Assembly (NCBI GenBank): GCA_977020255.1
Contig: CDROCS010000084.1
Span: 1-64,000 of the forward strand
Direction of reading: 5' to 3'
Length of the DNA: 64,000 nt
Source of the DNA: Obrimoposthia wandeli
Taxonomy: Eukaryota
In this document: positions 63,624 to 64,000 of the stretch, one piece after another
How the letters are laid out: each line of letters begins with the position of its first letter
How positions within the stretch are numbered: the stretch's first letter is position 1
Notes under the pieces: generated by a model
What the model was told of the DNA's origin: nothing
Databases searched by the model: none
The model's input: only the letters and a program-made list of their open reading frames with translations
Position numbers and translations under genes: made by a program

Positions 63624-64000
63624 GGAAAATATTCTTAAGTAATCAGCATTCCTTGCTCAAAAAACAGTTCCATGCATCTTAGTATACTAGGTTTTAGTTT
63701 ATATACTTAGCTGAGTGAAAAATGTCTTTTACAATCAACGCCAGATGTTTTTAAAATGATTTAAAAAGGCCTCACTTTCTTCAATTACTTTGGTGTTCTT
63801 AAAAAAACTATTCCCTCTGTTTATTTGAGGCCATAAGCGATAAATTCAAAAAATATCAATGATGGACCATGACTCCTTTGCCAGGTTTTTAGAAGCAATA
63901 ACTATCTGAATTTCCGCAAAAGTTAGAGCATAGCTAATGCGGAGAATTGTTTAGCTTCGCTACGGAACATACCTTGGTATCAGAGTATCTTTGCGGCTGT

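Noticed and set aside
1-64000. CRISPR array, tRNA or rRNA
   Set aside because: No regularly spaced repeat-spacer units or RNA-gene signatures seen; repeats are dispersed MITE/IS types.

Overview
AT-rich marine gammaproteobacterial chromosome segment (Colwelliaceae/Psychromonas-like; inference from gene content). It is mostly accessory DNA: five c-di-GMP (GGDEF/EAL) genes, a LysR-rich redox/electrophile-detox cluster (21-31.5 kb), creBCD, cca, def, sigZ-GST and many mobile-element traces. The most striking signal is an IS110-family (IS1111-type) element at 1878-3297. Its ~320-bp downstream non-coding end carries short segments matching both its own end and its target. It has inserted at a CA core inside the terminal inverted repeat of a ~145-bp MITE-like repeat present five times in the window. 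One MITE copy preserves the empty target and two carry IS-end-like scars at the same base. Six copies of an IS200-like Y1 (TnpA-only) element are also present, one cleanly splitting a GGDEF-EAL gene. Frequent indels (murB, a Met/Cys lyase, IS copies) suggest long-read consensus errors or population heterogeneity, so pseudogene calls are provisional. No rRNA, tRNA or CRISPR array was seen. Protein calls come from motif recognition, not database searches.
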